Assembly: GCA_945881885.1 (NCBI GenBank)
Contig: CAMCVI010000002.1
Location: forward strand, 19,710-83,709
Reading direction: 5' to 3'
Length of the DNA stretch: 64,000 nucleotides
Source: Chryseobacterium gleum
GTDB taxonomy: Bacteria; Bacteroidota; Bacteroidia; Flavobacteriales; Flavobacteriaceae
Shown: positions 36,777 through 45,368 of the stretch, piece after piece
Layout: every line of letters starts with the position of its first letter
Numbering within the stretch: the first letter of the stretch is position 1
The notes under the pieces: generated by a model
What the model was told of the DNA's origin: nothing
Database searches by the model: none
The model's input: the letters and a program-made list of their open reading frames with translations, nothing else
Made by a program: the position numbers and the translations under genes

Positions 36777-36862
36777 GCTTGAGTGGTGGAATTGGTAGAC
36801 ACGCTGGACTTAAAATCCAGTGGGTAGTAATGCCCGTGCGGGTTCAAGTCCCGCCTTGAGTA
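36777..36862 (+). tRNA. tRNA-Leu (anticodon TAA), class II with long variable arm
   Basis: 86 nt; D-arm TGGTGGAATTGGTAGACAC; anticodon stem CTGGA/TCCAG with loop CTTAAAA; T-arm GCGGG-TTCAAGT-CCCGC; discriminator A. Acceptor GCTTGAG/CTTGAGT needs three G.U pairs. Confidence 0.8.
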
Positions 36863-36867
36863 CTAAA

Positions 36868-36897
36868 AGCTTCAAACTATGTTTGGAGCTTTTTTTG
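36868..36897 (+). terminator. Rho-independent terminator after tRNA-Leu
   Basis: AGCTTCAAAC-TAT-GTTTGGAGCT hairpin (one G.U) plus T7. Confidence 0.8.
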
Positions 36898-36958
36898 TTT
36901 GAACTAATTCTGAAAAACAGATTCAATAGAATTTGTAATTATAAAATTTTAATATAAA

Positions 36959-37324
36959 ATGGCAACTTTTGTAATAAGCAAAAAACCTAGCGGACATTAC
37001 AAATACGAATTAACTACTCGTAGAGGAAAAACCATTTTTATTAGCAATGCTTTTGAATTACGTTTTGAATGTGAAGAGGAAATTGAATTACTAAAAAAAT
37101 CAATAGAACAATTGTTTTTTATGCGATTTCGTTCACCTGCAGGGAAATTTTACTTTAAAATTATTTTAAATGATAAAGAAGTAGCCATTAGCAGAAAGTA
37201 TTCTACCCAATTAATGTTAGAAAAAGGCATCAATGAAATTTTAAGATATGGTGCAAAAGCCGAATATTTAGATTTTTCAATGTCGCATGAAATTTTTCCT
37301 CCAGCTGAAGATGTTTTTGGCTAA
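36959..37324 (+). CDS. YegP (DUF1508) family protein, two repeats
   Basis: 121 aa; SGHYKYELTTRRGKTIFISNAFE...CEEEIELLKKS and AGKFYFKIILNDKEVAISRKYST...GINEILRYG. Confidence 0.75.
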   Translation: MATFVISKKPSGHYKYELTTRRGKTIFISNAFELRFECEEEIELLKKSIEQLFFMRFRSPAGKFYFKIILNDKEVAISRKYSTQLMLEKGINEILRYGAKAEYLDFSMSHEIFPPAEDVFG

Positions 37325-37463
37325 CTGAGAGACTTTCCGCAGAGACTCACAAAGAAACACAGAAATTCACAAATATTTCTTTAATAACATTAAATTAAAT
37401 ACAAAACTTATATAATTAACGTTAAGCAAAATGAGTTAGCTTGGCATTTCTATCACTTTTGAG

Positions 37464-37492
37464 CAAAAAAAATCCCGACTAAAGTCGGGATT
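37464..37492 (-). terminator. Rho-independent terminator of the small lipoprotein gene
   Basis: AATCCCGAC-TAAA-GTCGGGATT hairpin. The T-run on the minus strand is the plus-strand A8. Confidence 0.8.
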
Positions 37493-37520
37493 AATTTCTT
37501 TTCGAAAAGAAGGTCAAATA

Positions 37521-37721
37521 TTATTTTTTAACTTCTTCAGTTTTTGTAGCAGCGCTATCTGTTTTCACAGCAGCAGTGTCAGCTACAACAGCAGTAGTGT
37601 CAGCTACAACAGCAGTAGTATCTACTGCAGTAGAGTCAGCAGCTGGAGTTTCTTCAGCTTTTTTGTTACAAGAAACTAATACGGCAGCAACGAATGCTAA
37701 ACTTAAAACAACTTTTTTCAT
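37521..37721 (-). CDS. Small Ala/Thr/Val-rich lipoprotein with internal tandem repeat
   Basis: 66 aa; MKKVVLSLAFVAAVLVSC lipobox; own -7 box and terminator. Confidence 0.6.
   Translation of the reverse strand: MKKVVLSLAFVAAVLVSCNKKAEETPAADSTAVDTTAVVADTTAVVADTAAVKTDSAATKTEEVKK
37567..37629. repeat. 21-nt tandem repeat x3 inside the small lipoprotein gene
   Basis: ACAGCAGCAGTGTCAGCTACA / ACAGCAGTAGTGTCAGCTACA / ACAGCAGTAGTATCTACTGCA, encoding TTAVVAD-type heptads. Confidence 0.85.
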
Positions 37722-37756
37722 CTTAATTTAATTATAAAGGTTAATTATTTATGAAG

Positions 37757-37764
37757 CAAAGATA
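37757..37764 (-). promoter_or_regulatory. Candidate -7 box (TATCTTTG on the minus strand) for the small lipoprotein gene
   Basis: Plus-strand CAAAGATA, 35 nt from the ATG at 37721. Confidence 0.45.
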
Positions 37765-37859
37765 TAAAAAAAATTAAATGACAAATACTTTTTTTAATTT
37801 TTTTTAAAATATTTTTCAATTCTTGTATAATTCACCCTATAAAACTTAGAAAATATCGG

Positions 37860-40025
37860 CTATTTCCCTTTGTTTTTCGACGTATCAGACTGATTATAAA
37901 TGATTTCCATTTCATCAATTAAATTTTTAGCACCAGCATATTTATCTATAATAAACAGTATGTATCGTGTATCTACCATAATATTTCTACAAATTTCAGG
38001 AGAATAATACACATCACTCATGGTGCCTTCCCAAACTCTATCAAAATTCAATCCAATAAGATTTCCTTTGGCATCAATTGCTGGACTTCCAGAATTTCCT
38101 CCAGTGGTGTGGTTGGTAGCAATAAAAGCCACTGGCATTTTGCCATTATCAGCATATTTTCCATAATCCTTTGCGTTATACAAATCGATTAATTTTTGTG
38201 GCACGTCAAATTCATAATCTCCAGGAACGTATTTTTCCATTACACCATCTAAATAAGTAAATGGCGCATACACTACAGCATCGCTTGGCTTGTATCCTTT
38301 TACTTTTCCATAAGTTACACGCAAAGTAGAATTGGCATCAGGGAAAATTCTTGCCGATTTTGGACTTAACTCTAAAATGGCTTTCATATATGCACGTTGT
38401 GTAGCCATATTTTTTAAATTGATCTCATCATATTTGGCTGCTACATTTTTGTTATATGCTTCCGCAAGTGTTTTCACAAAAGAAAAACCTTTATCTTGAT
38501 TTAATCTTTCTAAAACCGTTTTGGCATCTCCAGCTAATATTTCCTTCATACCAGTGTAAGATGTCAACTTAGATATCTTAAAAATTTCAGATGCTAATTG
38601 AGTGGCGTCAACACCTTTTACACTTTCAGGTAAAAATTGTTGTGGCGATTTTTTACTGTAAATAGTAATTAATTTTTCGAATACTTTTTCGTCAACTTGG
38701 GCATTAAAATCTTTATATAAGGGTTCAAATGCTTCAATTAAATTCTTTTTTCTATCATTAAAAGCTTGCTCGCCTTTTGAATTATACACTTGCTCTAATT
38801 GAAACAAACGGTAGCCAAAAGATAAAATTTCGGTATTTCTTAAAACTACTTCGGTATAATAATCTCTTGCAATAGCATACTCTTTAATAGCAGCGTAATT
38901 TGTTGCAAAATCAGATAATAAATTTCCATATTCTGCTTGCTTTCCGGCTTTGGTGATTTTATCAGTTAAGTCTTTTTCAAAAACTTGTTTTGCACCAACT
39001 GCATTGGCTTTAATTAATCCTTTGCGCTCTCCAATCCATTTTTTCCAATAATTGGCTACTCCAGCATATTTTGACGCATATTGAATTTTTATCGCTTGGT
39101 CTTTTCTCATAAAACCATCTTGAACTTTTAAAGCCGCATCACGCACTTCAATTCGAGCAGGGTTTAAATCGTTTACCATTTGTTCCACAGCAAAAGACGG
39201 TAAATATTCTGTAGTTCTGCCAGGATAACCCATTACCATTGTAAAATCGTTTTCTTGAATTCCTTTTGCTGAAACCGGGAAAAAATGTTTAGGTTTATAA
39301 GGCACATTGTCTTTAGAGTACTCCGCTGGACGATTATTTTTATCTGCATAAACTCTAAATAAAGAAAAATCTCCCGTATGACGAGGCCAAACCCAATTGT
39401 CAGTATCTGAACCAAATTTTCCTATAGAACTTGGTGGCGCACCTACCAAACGAATGTCTTTAAAGTTTTCTGTAACGAATAATAAATATTGGTTTCCATC
39501 ATAAAAAGATCGCACCAAAACATCTTGCCAAGCTTCTCTTACATACAATTTGTTCAATGCTGCAATATTTTCTTGAATTTTCTTTTGTTTTTCTGCTTCT
39601 GAAGTTAAAACTGCTACACCTTCAAATACTTTTGTGGTTACATCATCTATTTTCACAATAAAAGTAACTACCACTCCAGGATTTGGAAGTTCTTCTTCCA
39701 TTTTATAAGCCCAAAATCCATTAGCTAAATAATCGTGTTCCACTGTAGAATGATATTGTATATTATCATACCCACAATGGTGATTGGTTAACAATAAGCC
39801 TTTTGAAGAAATCATTTCTGCTGTACAACCGCCGTCAAATTGTGGAACTGCATCTTTTAAAGACGATTTGTTTATAGAATAAATTTGTTCTGCTGTTAGT
39901 TTAGAACCTAAAGCTTTCATTTCTTTTTCATTCATACCTTGTAACAAAGATGGAATCCACATACCGCCTTGTTGGGCTTGGGTTTGAACAATAAATAATA
40001 ATAAAAATAGTTTTAAAAATTTCAT
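37860..40025 (-). CDS. S46 family dipeptidyl-peptidase (DPP7/DPP11-like)
   Basis: 721 aa; signal peptide then GGMWIP; LLLTNHHCG (His); TTGGNSGSP (Ser). Confidence 0.9.
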   Translation of the reverse strand: MKFLKLFLLLFIVQTQAQQGGMWIPSLLQGMNEKEMKALGSKLTAEQIYSINKSSLKDAVPQFDGGCTAEMISSKGLLLTNHHCGYDNIQYHSTVEHDYLANGFWAYKMEEELPNPGVVVTFIVKIDDVTTKVFEGVAVLTSEAEKQKKIQENIAALNKLYVREAWQDVLVRSFYDGNQYLLFVTENFKDIRLVGAPPSSIGKFGSDTDNWVWPRHTGDFSLFRVYADKNNRPAEYSKDNVPYKPKHFFPVSAKGIQENDFTMVMGYPGRTTEYLPSFAVEQMVNDLNPARIEVRDAALKVQDGFMRKDQAIKIQYASKYAGVANYWKKWIGERKGLIKANAVGAKQVFEKDLTDKITKAGKQAEYGNLLSDFATNYAAIKEYAIARDYYTEVVLRNTEILSFGYRLFQLEQVYNSKGEQAFNDRKKNLIEAFEPLYKDFNAQVDEKVFEKLITIYSKKSPQQFLPESVKGVDATQLASEIFKISKLTSYTGMKEILAGDAKTVLERLNQDKGFSFVKTLAEAYNKNVAAKYDEINLKNMATQRAYMKAILELSPKSARIFPDANSTLRVTYGKVKGYKPSDAVVYAPFTYLDGVMEKYVPGDYEFDVPQKLIDLYNAKDYGKYADNGKMPVAFIATNHTTGGNSGSPAIDAKGNLIGLNFDRVWEGTMSDVYYSPEICRNIMVDTRYILFIIDKYAGAKNLIDEMEIIYNQSDTSKNKGK

Positions 40026-40079
40026 AAAGTTTAATTTAATGCTTGCAAGTTAGTATAATTAACAACGTTGTGTCTAATT

Positions 40080-41339
40080 TTAATATTTCGTTAAGAGATG
40101 TTTTAATATATTTTCCGTGGCACCCTTATTCATTTGCACAAAAGTACTACAAATGTGTCCTTTTTCTAATCGTTCCTCCTTGTTTTGTAATAACAAGTTA
40201 AACGTATCATTTAATTCTGATTGATTTTTTACAGAAATACAACCTCCTAAACCAACCAAAGCTGTTGCTTCTGCAAAGTGTGAATAATTTGGACCAATTA
40301 CAATTGGAATTCCAAAAGTGGCTGGTTCTAAAAGGTTATGCACCCCTGGATTTCCGAAACCACCACCAACGTAGGCAATGTCTGCATAAGAATAAATCTT
40401 AGTTAAAATTCCGATAGTGTCAATTATAAATACATTGAAATCAGCTAATCTGTCTTGATGAACATGTTTCAGCATCTCCTCTTTTTCAGAAAATAATAGT
40501 GTTTTCTTAGAAATTTTAGATTTGAGATTTAAAATTTGATTTTTATCAATTGTATGAGGCGCAATTATAAATTTAATGTCATTTGAGGCTTGGTTGATGA
40601 AATGAATTAATAATTCTTCATCTTTTGGCCAACTACTGCCAATTACAATTGTTGGCAAATTATTTTTAAATGCTGCAATAAAATCTAACGTATTATCTTT
40701 TTCTAAAATGGTTACTACCCTATCAAAACGGGTGTCTCCAGAAATTTTAACGTTTTCAAAACCTAAAGATTGTAATAATAGTTTAGAGGATTCATTTTGT
40801 ACAAAAAAATAGGTAAATGTTTTCAACGCCTTTCTATAAAACCCGCCATACCACTTGAAAAAAGCCTGATTTTCTCTAAAAAAACCAGAGATCAAATAGG
40901 TCTTGATATTTTGATTTTTTAGTTCCTCAAGATAATTCGGCCAAAATTCGTACTTAATAAAAAACACCATTTCTGGATGCACTACTTTTAAAAATTGTTT
41001 TGCATTAGAAATTGTATCTAAAGGCAAATATACCGTAACATCTGCAACAGTATTATTTTTTCGCACTTCATATCCTGAAGGCGAAAAAAATGTAATTATT
41101 ATTTTATGATTTGGAAATTGTGCTTTTACTTTTTCTATAACAGGCAAGCCTTGTTCATATTCACCCAAAGATGCTGCGTGAAACCAAATCGTTTTATCAA
41201 TTTCTTGAATATTGTTTTGTAACGTTTGAAAAACTGATTTTCTTCCTGCTACAAATAATTTTATTTTCGGACTAAAAAATGCCAAAAGCTTTAAAAACTG
41301 CGAAGCAAATAGTATTAAAAAGTTATAAATAAATGACAT
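40080..41339 (-). CDS. waaA: 3-deoxy-D-manno-octulosonic acid (Kdo) transferase
   Basis: 419 aa; WFHAASLGE N-terminal motif; GGGFGNPGVHNLLEPA C-terminal GT motif. Confidence 0.9.
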   Translation of the reverse strand: MSFIYNFLILFASQFLKLLAFFSPKIKLFVAGRKSVFQTLQNNIQEIDKTIWFHAASLGEYEQGLPVIEKVKAQFPNHKIIITFFSPSGYEVRKNNTVADVTVYLPLDTISNAKQFLKVVHPEMVFFIKYEFWPNYLEELKNQNIKTYLISGFFRENQAFFKWYGGFYRKALKTFTYFFVQNESSKLLLQSLGFENVKISGDTRFDRVVTILEKDNTLDFIAAFKNNLPTIVIGSSWPKDEELLIHFINQASNDIKFIIAPHTIDKNQILNLKSKISKKTLLFSEKEEMLKHVHQDRLADFNVFIIDTIGILTKIYSYADIAYVGGGFGNPGVHNLLEPATFGIPIVIGPNYSHFAEATALVGLGGCISVKNQSELNDTFNLLLQNKEERLEKGHICSTFVQMNKGATENILKHLLTKY

Positions 41340-41405
41340 AGTACTAATTTATGTTGCTAAATTACGTTTCTTTTATGTAACACAAAAAATGTAAGCAGAA
41401 TTTCT

Positions 41406-41413
41406 TACTTTTG
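41406..41413 (+). promoter_or_regulatory. Candidate -7 box for the aminotransferase/galE pair
   Basis: TACTTTTG, 23 nt before the ATG at 41437. Confidence 0.5.
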
Positions 41414-41436
41414 CTTGACTTAATTAGATTAGGAAG

Positions 41437-42564
41437 ATGAAAAAATTACAAATGGTTGACTTAAAAAGTCAATACGAAAAAATAAAAGACGAAGTAAATG
41501 CGTCTATTCAAGAGGTTTTAGATACAAATACCTATATAAATGGCCCATTGGTGCACCAATTTCAGGCTGATTTAGAAAAATATTTAGGTGTAAAACACGT
41601 AATTCCTTGTGCTAACGGAACAGATGCCTTGCAAATTGCCATGATGGGATTGGATTTACAACCTGGCGATGAAGTCATAACTGCTGATTTCACCTTCGCG
41701 GCAACCGTTGAAGTGATTGCTTTATTGCAATTAACTCCGGTTTTAGTAGATGTAGATAGGAATAATATGAATATTTCGTTAGATGGAATTCGAAAAGCGA
41801 TCACTCCAAAAACAAAAGCCATTGTTCCTATACATTTATTTGGTCGTGCTGCGAATATGGATGCGATTATGGAAATTGCCAACGCACATAATTTGTACGT
41901 AATTGAAGATAACGCACAAGCAATTGGAGCAGATTATACTGCAAAAGATGGCTCTAAAAAGAAAGTGGGCACAATTGGACATGTAGCTGCTACCTCATTT
42001 TTCCCATCAAAAAACCTAGGATGTTATGGTGATGGTGGTGCTATTTACACAAATGATGATACATTAGCTCATAAAATAAGAGGAATAGTAAATCACGGAA
42101 TGTACGAACGATATCATCATGATGTTGTAGGTGTAAATTCCCGTTTAGACAGTATTCAAGCAGGTGTTTTAAAAGCAAAATTACCTCATTTAGACACCTA
42201 TAACAGTGCACGTCAAGATGCTGCTAGAAAATATTCACTTGCATTAGGTTTAAATAAAAATATCTTAGCACCCACTATTTGCGATACTTGCGATTGTCAT
42301 GTATTTCATCAATATGTAATACGAATTACAAACGGAAAACGCGATGGATTATTGGCTCATTTACAAGAAAAAGGTATTCCTTGTGCTATTTATTATCCAA
42401 TCCCATTACATAGTCAGAAAGCGTATGCTGATATTCGCTATAAAGAAGAAGATTTTCCTGTAACCAATCAGTTGTGTAAAGAAGTCATCGCTTTACCAAT
42501 GCATACGGAATTAGACGATGAACAAATTAAATTTATTACCGATACGGTTTTAGAATACGTTTAA
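41437..42564 (+). CDS. DegT/DnrJ/EryC1/StrS family sugar aminotransferase
   Basis: 375 aa; NGTDALQIA and SFFPSKNLGCYGDGG (PLP Lys). Confidence 0.9.
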   Translation: MKKLQMVDLKSQYEKIKDEVNASIQEVLDTNTYINGPLVHQFQADLEKYLGVKHVIPCANGTDALQIAMMGLDLQPGDEVITADFTFAATVEVIALLQLTPVLVDVDRNNMNISLDGIRKAITPKTKAIVPIHLFGRAANMDAIMEIANAHNLYVIEDNAQAIGADYTAKDGSKKKVGTIGHVAATSFFPSKNLGCYGDGGAIYTNDDTLAHKIRGIVNHGMYERYHHDVVGVNSRLDSIQAGVLKAKLPHLDTYNSARQDAARKYSLALGLNKNILAPTICDTCDCHVFHQYVIRITNGKRDGLLAHLQEKGIPCAIYYPIPLHSQKAYADIRYKEEDFPVTNQLCKEVIALPMHTELDDEQIKFITDTVLEYV

Positions 42565-42583
42565 ATTAGCTTTCAGTTTATGC

Positions 42584-42604
42584 AGCTGTGAGCTGTGAGC
42601 TGTG
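42584..42604. repeat. AGCTGTG heptamer x3 perfect tandem repeat
   Basis: Lies in the 58-nt spacer between the aminotransferase stop and the galE ATG, followed by a partial AGC. Confidence 0.9.
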
Positions 42605-42622
42605 AGCCATAAGCTAAAAAAA

Positions 42623-43636
42623 ATGAAAATAGTAGTTACTGGAGGATTAGGTTTTATTGGTTCGCATACGGTTGTAGAGTTGCAGAATGAAGGTTTTGAG
42701 GTGATTGCGATTGATAACCTTTCTAATTCTTCTATTGAAGTTTTAAGTGGAATTGAACGCATTACGGGTAAAAAACCAATTTTTGAAAATATCGATTTAC
42801 GAGAAAAAACAGCAGTTCAAAATTTCTTTGCAACATATACTGATATTTCTGGAGTAATTCATTTTGCGGCAAGTAAAGCCGTAGGTGAAAGTGTCGAAAA
42901 TCCGTTATTATATTACGAAAATAATATAAGTGCTTTGATTTATATGTTGCAGGAACTAACTAAATTAAAGTCTGCAAATTTCATTTTTAGCTCTTCATGT
43001 ACAGTTTATGGTCAAGCAGAAAAAATGCCTATTTCAGAAGATGCGCCTGTTCAAACTGCTATGTCACCTTACGGAAATACAAAGCAAATTGGTGAAGAAA
43101 TTATTACTGATACTTCAAAAGTTAGTGCGTTAAACGCTATTTTACTTCGTTATTTTAATCCGATTGGCGCACATGAATCTGCTGAAATTGGCGAATTACC
43201 TTTAGGCGTTCCACAAAATTTAGTGCCATTTATCACACAAACCGCCATGGGATTACGACAAGAACTTTCCGTTTATGGAAATGATTATCCCACAGCTGAT
43301 GGAACAGCGGTGAGAGATTATATTCATGTGGTAGATTTGGCAAAAGCCCACGTAATAGCCATGAAGCGATTAATAGATAAAAAAAATAGTACTGCCGTAG
43401 AAACTTTTAATTTAGGAACTGGAACGGGTAGTTCGGTTTTAGAAGTTATTCAATCTTTTGAAAAAGTTTCTGGTCAAAAACTAAAATATAAAATTGTTGG
43501 AAGACGAGAAGGCGACATTACAGAAGCTTACGCAAATACTGATAAAGCTAATAATGTTTTAGGATGGAAAGCCGCATCTAGTTTAGATGATTGTTTAAAA
43601 AGTGCCTGGAAATGGGAACAGAAAATAAGAAGTTAA
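42623..43636 (+). CDS. galE: UDP-glucose 4-epimerase
   Basis: Start at the ATG giving MKIVVTGGLGFIGSH (Rossmann GxxGxxG); YGNTK catalytic YxxxK. Confidence 0.9.
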   Translation: MKIVVTGGLGFIGSHTVVELQNEGFEVIAIDNLSNSSIEVLSGIERITGKKPIFENIDLREKTAVQNFFATYTDISGVIHFAASKAVGESVENPLLYYENNISALIYMLQELTKLKSANFIFSSSCTVYGQAEKMPISEDAPVQTAMSPYGNTKQIGEEIITDTSKVSALNAILLRYFNPIGAHESAEIGELPLGVPQNLVPFITQTAMGLRQELSVYGNDYPTADGTAVRDYIHVVDLAKAHVIAMKRLIDKKNSTAVETFNLGTGTGSSVLEVIQSFEKVSGQKLKYKIVGRREGDITEAYANTDKANNVLGWKAASSLDDCLKSAWKWEQKIRS

Positions 43637-44310
43637 TTTATTTTCAATAATAAATTTGGATTAGGGCAATTATTCTTATAAAATTCTAACTTATTTTCAG
43701 AACAAACACCAGGGTAATCTCCAGTTTTTTCTTCCATATCAATGATGATTTGAAAATGCAAATGAGGCGCATAATCGCCATTAATTGGTGGCAATCCTAA
43801 TGTCCCAATTTGTGATCCTTTTGTAACTACTTCGCCAACTTTTTTATCTGTCAAACTGGCTTCACTTAAATGTCCATAAAGTGTGTGAAAAACAAAACCG
43901 TCTATTTTATGTTCCAAAATTATTGTTGGACCATAATCCCCTAAAGCAGTATTGTTTTGAAAGCTATGAATTTTCCCATCTAATGCAGCATGAACCGATG
44001 CGGCTTCATTAATCCATAAATCCAATCCAATATGTATATTGCGTTCCGCTGTGATTTCGTTTTTAAAAACAGTGCTTCTTTTGTATAAATTTCTTTTTTC
44101 AATATACCCGCCAAATGCAATTTTTCCTTTATTTTTATCTAAATATTTTTGAATAAAAATTTCGTAGTCACTTGCGGTTTCTAATTTATGATTGTGTAAT
44201 TCAAGGTTCGAAACAGACAAGTCTAATTGTATGTAATCAATATAATCAATTTTAGGAGCGATTACTTTTACCGATTCAATTGAACGGAATATTTCTAAGA
44301 TATTTGTCAT
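43633..44310 (-). CDS. M23 family metallopeptidase
   Basis: 225 aa; HIGLDLW, YGHLS and PHLHFQI motifs. Its stop overlaps the galE stop by 4 nt. Confidence 0.85.
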   Translation of the reverse strand: MTNILEIFRSIESVKVIAPKIDYIDYIQLDLSVSNLELHNHKLETASDYEIFIQKYLDKNKGKIAFGGYIEKRNLYKRSTVFKNEITAERNIHIGLDLWINEAASVHAALDGKIHSFQNNTALGDYGPTIILEHKIDGFVFHTLYGHLSEASLTDKKVGEVVTKGSQIGTLGLPPINGDYAPHLHFQIIIDMEEKTGDYPGVCSENKLEFYKNNCPNPNLLLKIN

Positions 44311-44324
44311 GTTTTTTTAATATT

Positions 44325-44332
44325 CAAAAATA
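44325..44332 (-). promoter_or_regulatory. Candidate -7 box (TATTTTTG on the minus strand) for the M23 gene
   Basis: Plus-strand CAAAAATA, 14 nt from the ATG at 44310. Confidence 0.45.
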
Positions 44333-44383
44333 AAAATACTCATAAAGAAATTCATGAGGATTTTTATTTTGATTTTATAATAT

Positions 44384-45256
44384 TTATGCCGAAATAGTTT
44401 CTACCTCATTATTTATTTTATTTACTAAGCCAACCAATACTTTTCCTGGTCCAACTTCCGTAAAACTAGAAGCGCCATCAGCAATCATTTGATTTACAGA
44501 TTGCGTCCATTTTACAGGTGCTGTTAATTGAATAATTAAATTTTTCTTAATTTCAATAGCATCAGAAACTGCGCTTGCTGTTACATTTTGATACACCGGA
44601 CAAATAGGCGTTGAAAAATGTGTCGCTTCAATAGCTGCTGCTAATTCTTCTCTTGCAGGCTCCATCATTGGTGAATGAAAAGCACCTCCAACAGGCAAAA
44701 TTAAAGCGCGTTTGGCTCCAGCTTCTTTCATTTTTTCACAAGCCAATTCCACGGCTTTGTATTCACCAGAAATTACCAATTGCCCCGGACAATTGTAATT
44801 TGCAGCTACTACAATTCCATCAATAGAAGCGCAAATGTCTTCAACAATTTTATCCTCTAAATTTAAAACTGCTGCCATTGTTGATGGGACAATTTCGCAG
44901 GCTTTTTGCATCGCTAAAGCTCTTTTGGAAACCAATAATAACGCATCTTCAAAAGTTAAAGTACCATTAGCAACTAAAGCAGAAAATTCTCCTAAAGAAT
45001 GTCCAGCCACCATTTCAGGCTTAAAATTTTCTAAAGTTTTGGCTAAAATTACCGAATGTAAAAAAACAGCTGGTTGTGTTACCTTGGTTTCTTTCAATTC
45101 TTCAGCGGTTCCTTCAAACATAATATCTGTAATTCGGAATCCTAAAATATCGTTTGCTTTTTCAAATAATTCTTTTGCTAAAGGCGATGATTCGTATAAA
45201 TCTTTACCCATTCCGGTAAATTGTGCTCCTTGACCTGGAAAAACGTATGCTTTCAT
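44384..45256 (-). CDS. fabD: Malonyl-CoA-ACP transacylase
   Basis: Start at MKAYVFPGQGAQ; GHSLGE active-site Ser. Confidence 0.95.
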   Translation of the reverse strand: MKAYVFPGQGAQFTGMGKDLYESSPLAKELFEKANDILGFRITDIMFEGTAEELKETKVTQPAVFLHSVILAKTLENFKPEMVAGHSLGEFSALVANGTLTFEDALLLVSKRALAMQKACEIVPSTMAAVLNLEDKIVEDICASIDGIVVAANYNCPGQLVISGEYKAVELACEKMKEAGAKRALILPVGGAFHSPMMEPAREELAAAIEATHFSTPICPVYQNVTASAVSDAIEIKKNLIIQLTAPVKWTQSVNQMIADGASSFTEVGPGKVLVGLVNKINNEVETISA

Positions 45257-45263
45257 ATTTTTT

Positions 45264-45289
45264 TGTTTCAAGTTTAATGTTTCAAGTTT
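45264..45289. repeat. 12-nt direct repeat x2 in the fabD leader
   Basis: Plus-strand TGTTTCAAGTTT-AA-TGTTTCAAGTTT; mRNA sense AAACTTGAAACA x2, ending 7 nt before the ATG. Confidence 0.9.
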
Positions 45290-45297
45290 TTGAAAAA

Positions 45298-45305
45298 CAA
45301 AAATA
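45298..45305 (-). promoter_or_regulatory. Candidate -7 box (TATTTTTG on the minus strand) for fabD
   Basis: Plus-strand CAAAAATA, 41 nt from the ATG at 45256. The 12-mer repeat lies between the box and the ATG. Confidence 0.5.
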
Positions 45306-45368
45306 CTTATTTTGTAACAATCTTATCAAATTAATGTCTAATATTTACAACATCTAAATTAAAATGAA

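Noticed and set aside
36461-37860. The tRNA-Leu-adjacent segment (YegP gene, repeat lipoprotein, odd 10-nt periodic CAC words at 37325..37375) as the remnant of an integrated element.
   Set aside because: There is no integrase and no duplicated tRNA 3' end (attL/attR) downstream. The CTTGAGT direct repeat is only 7 nt and internal to the tRNA itself.
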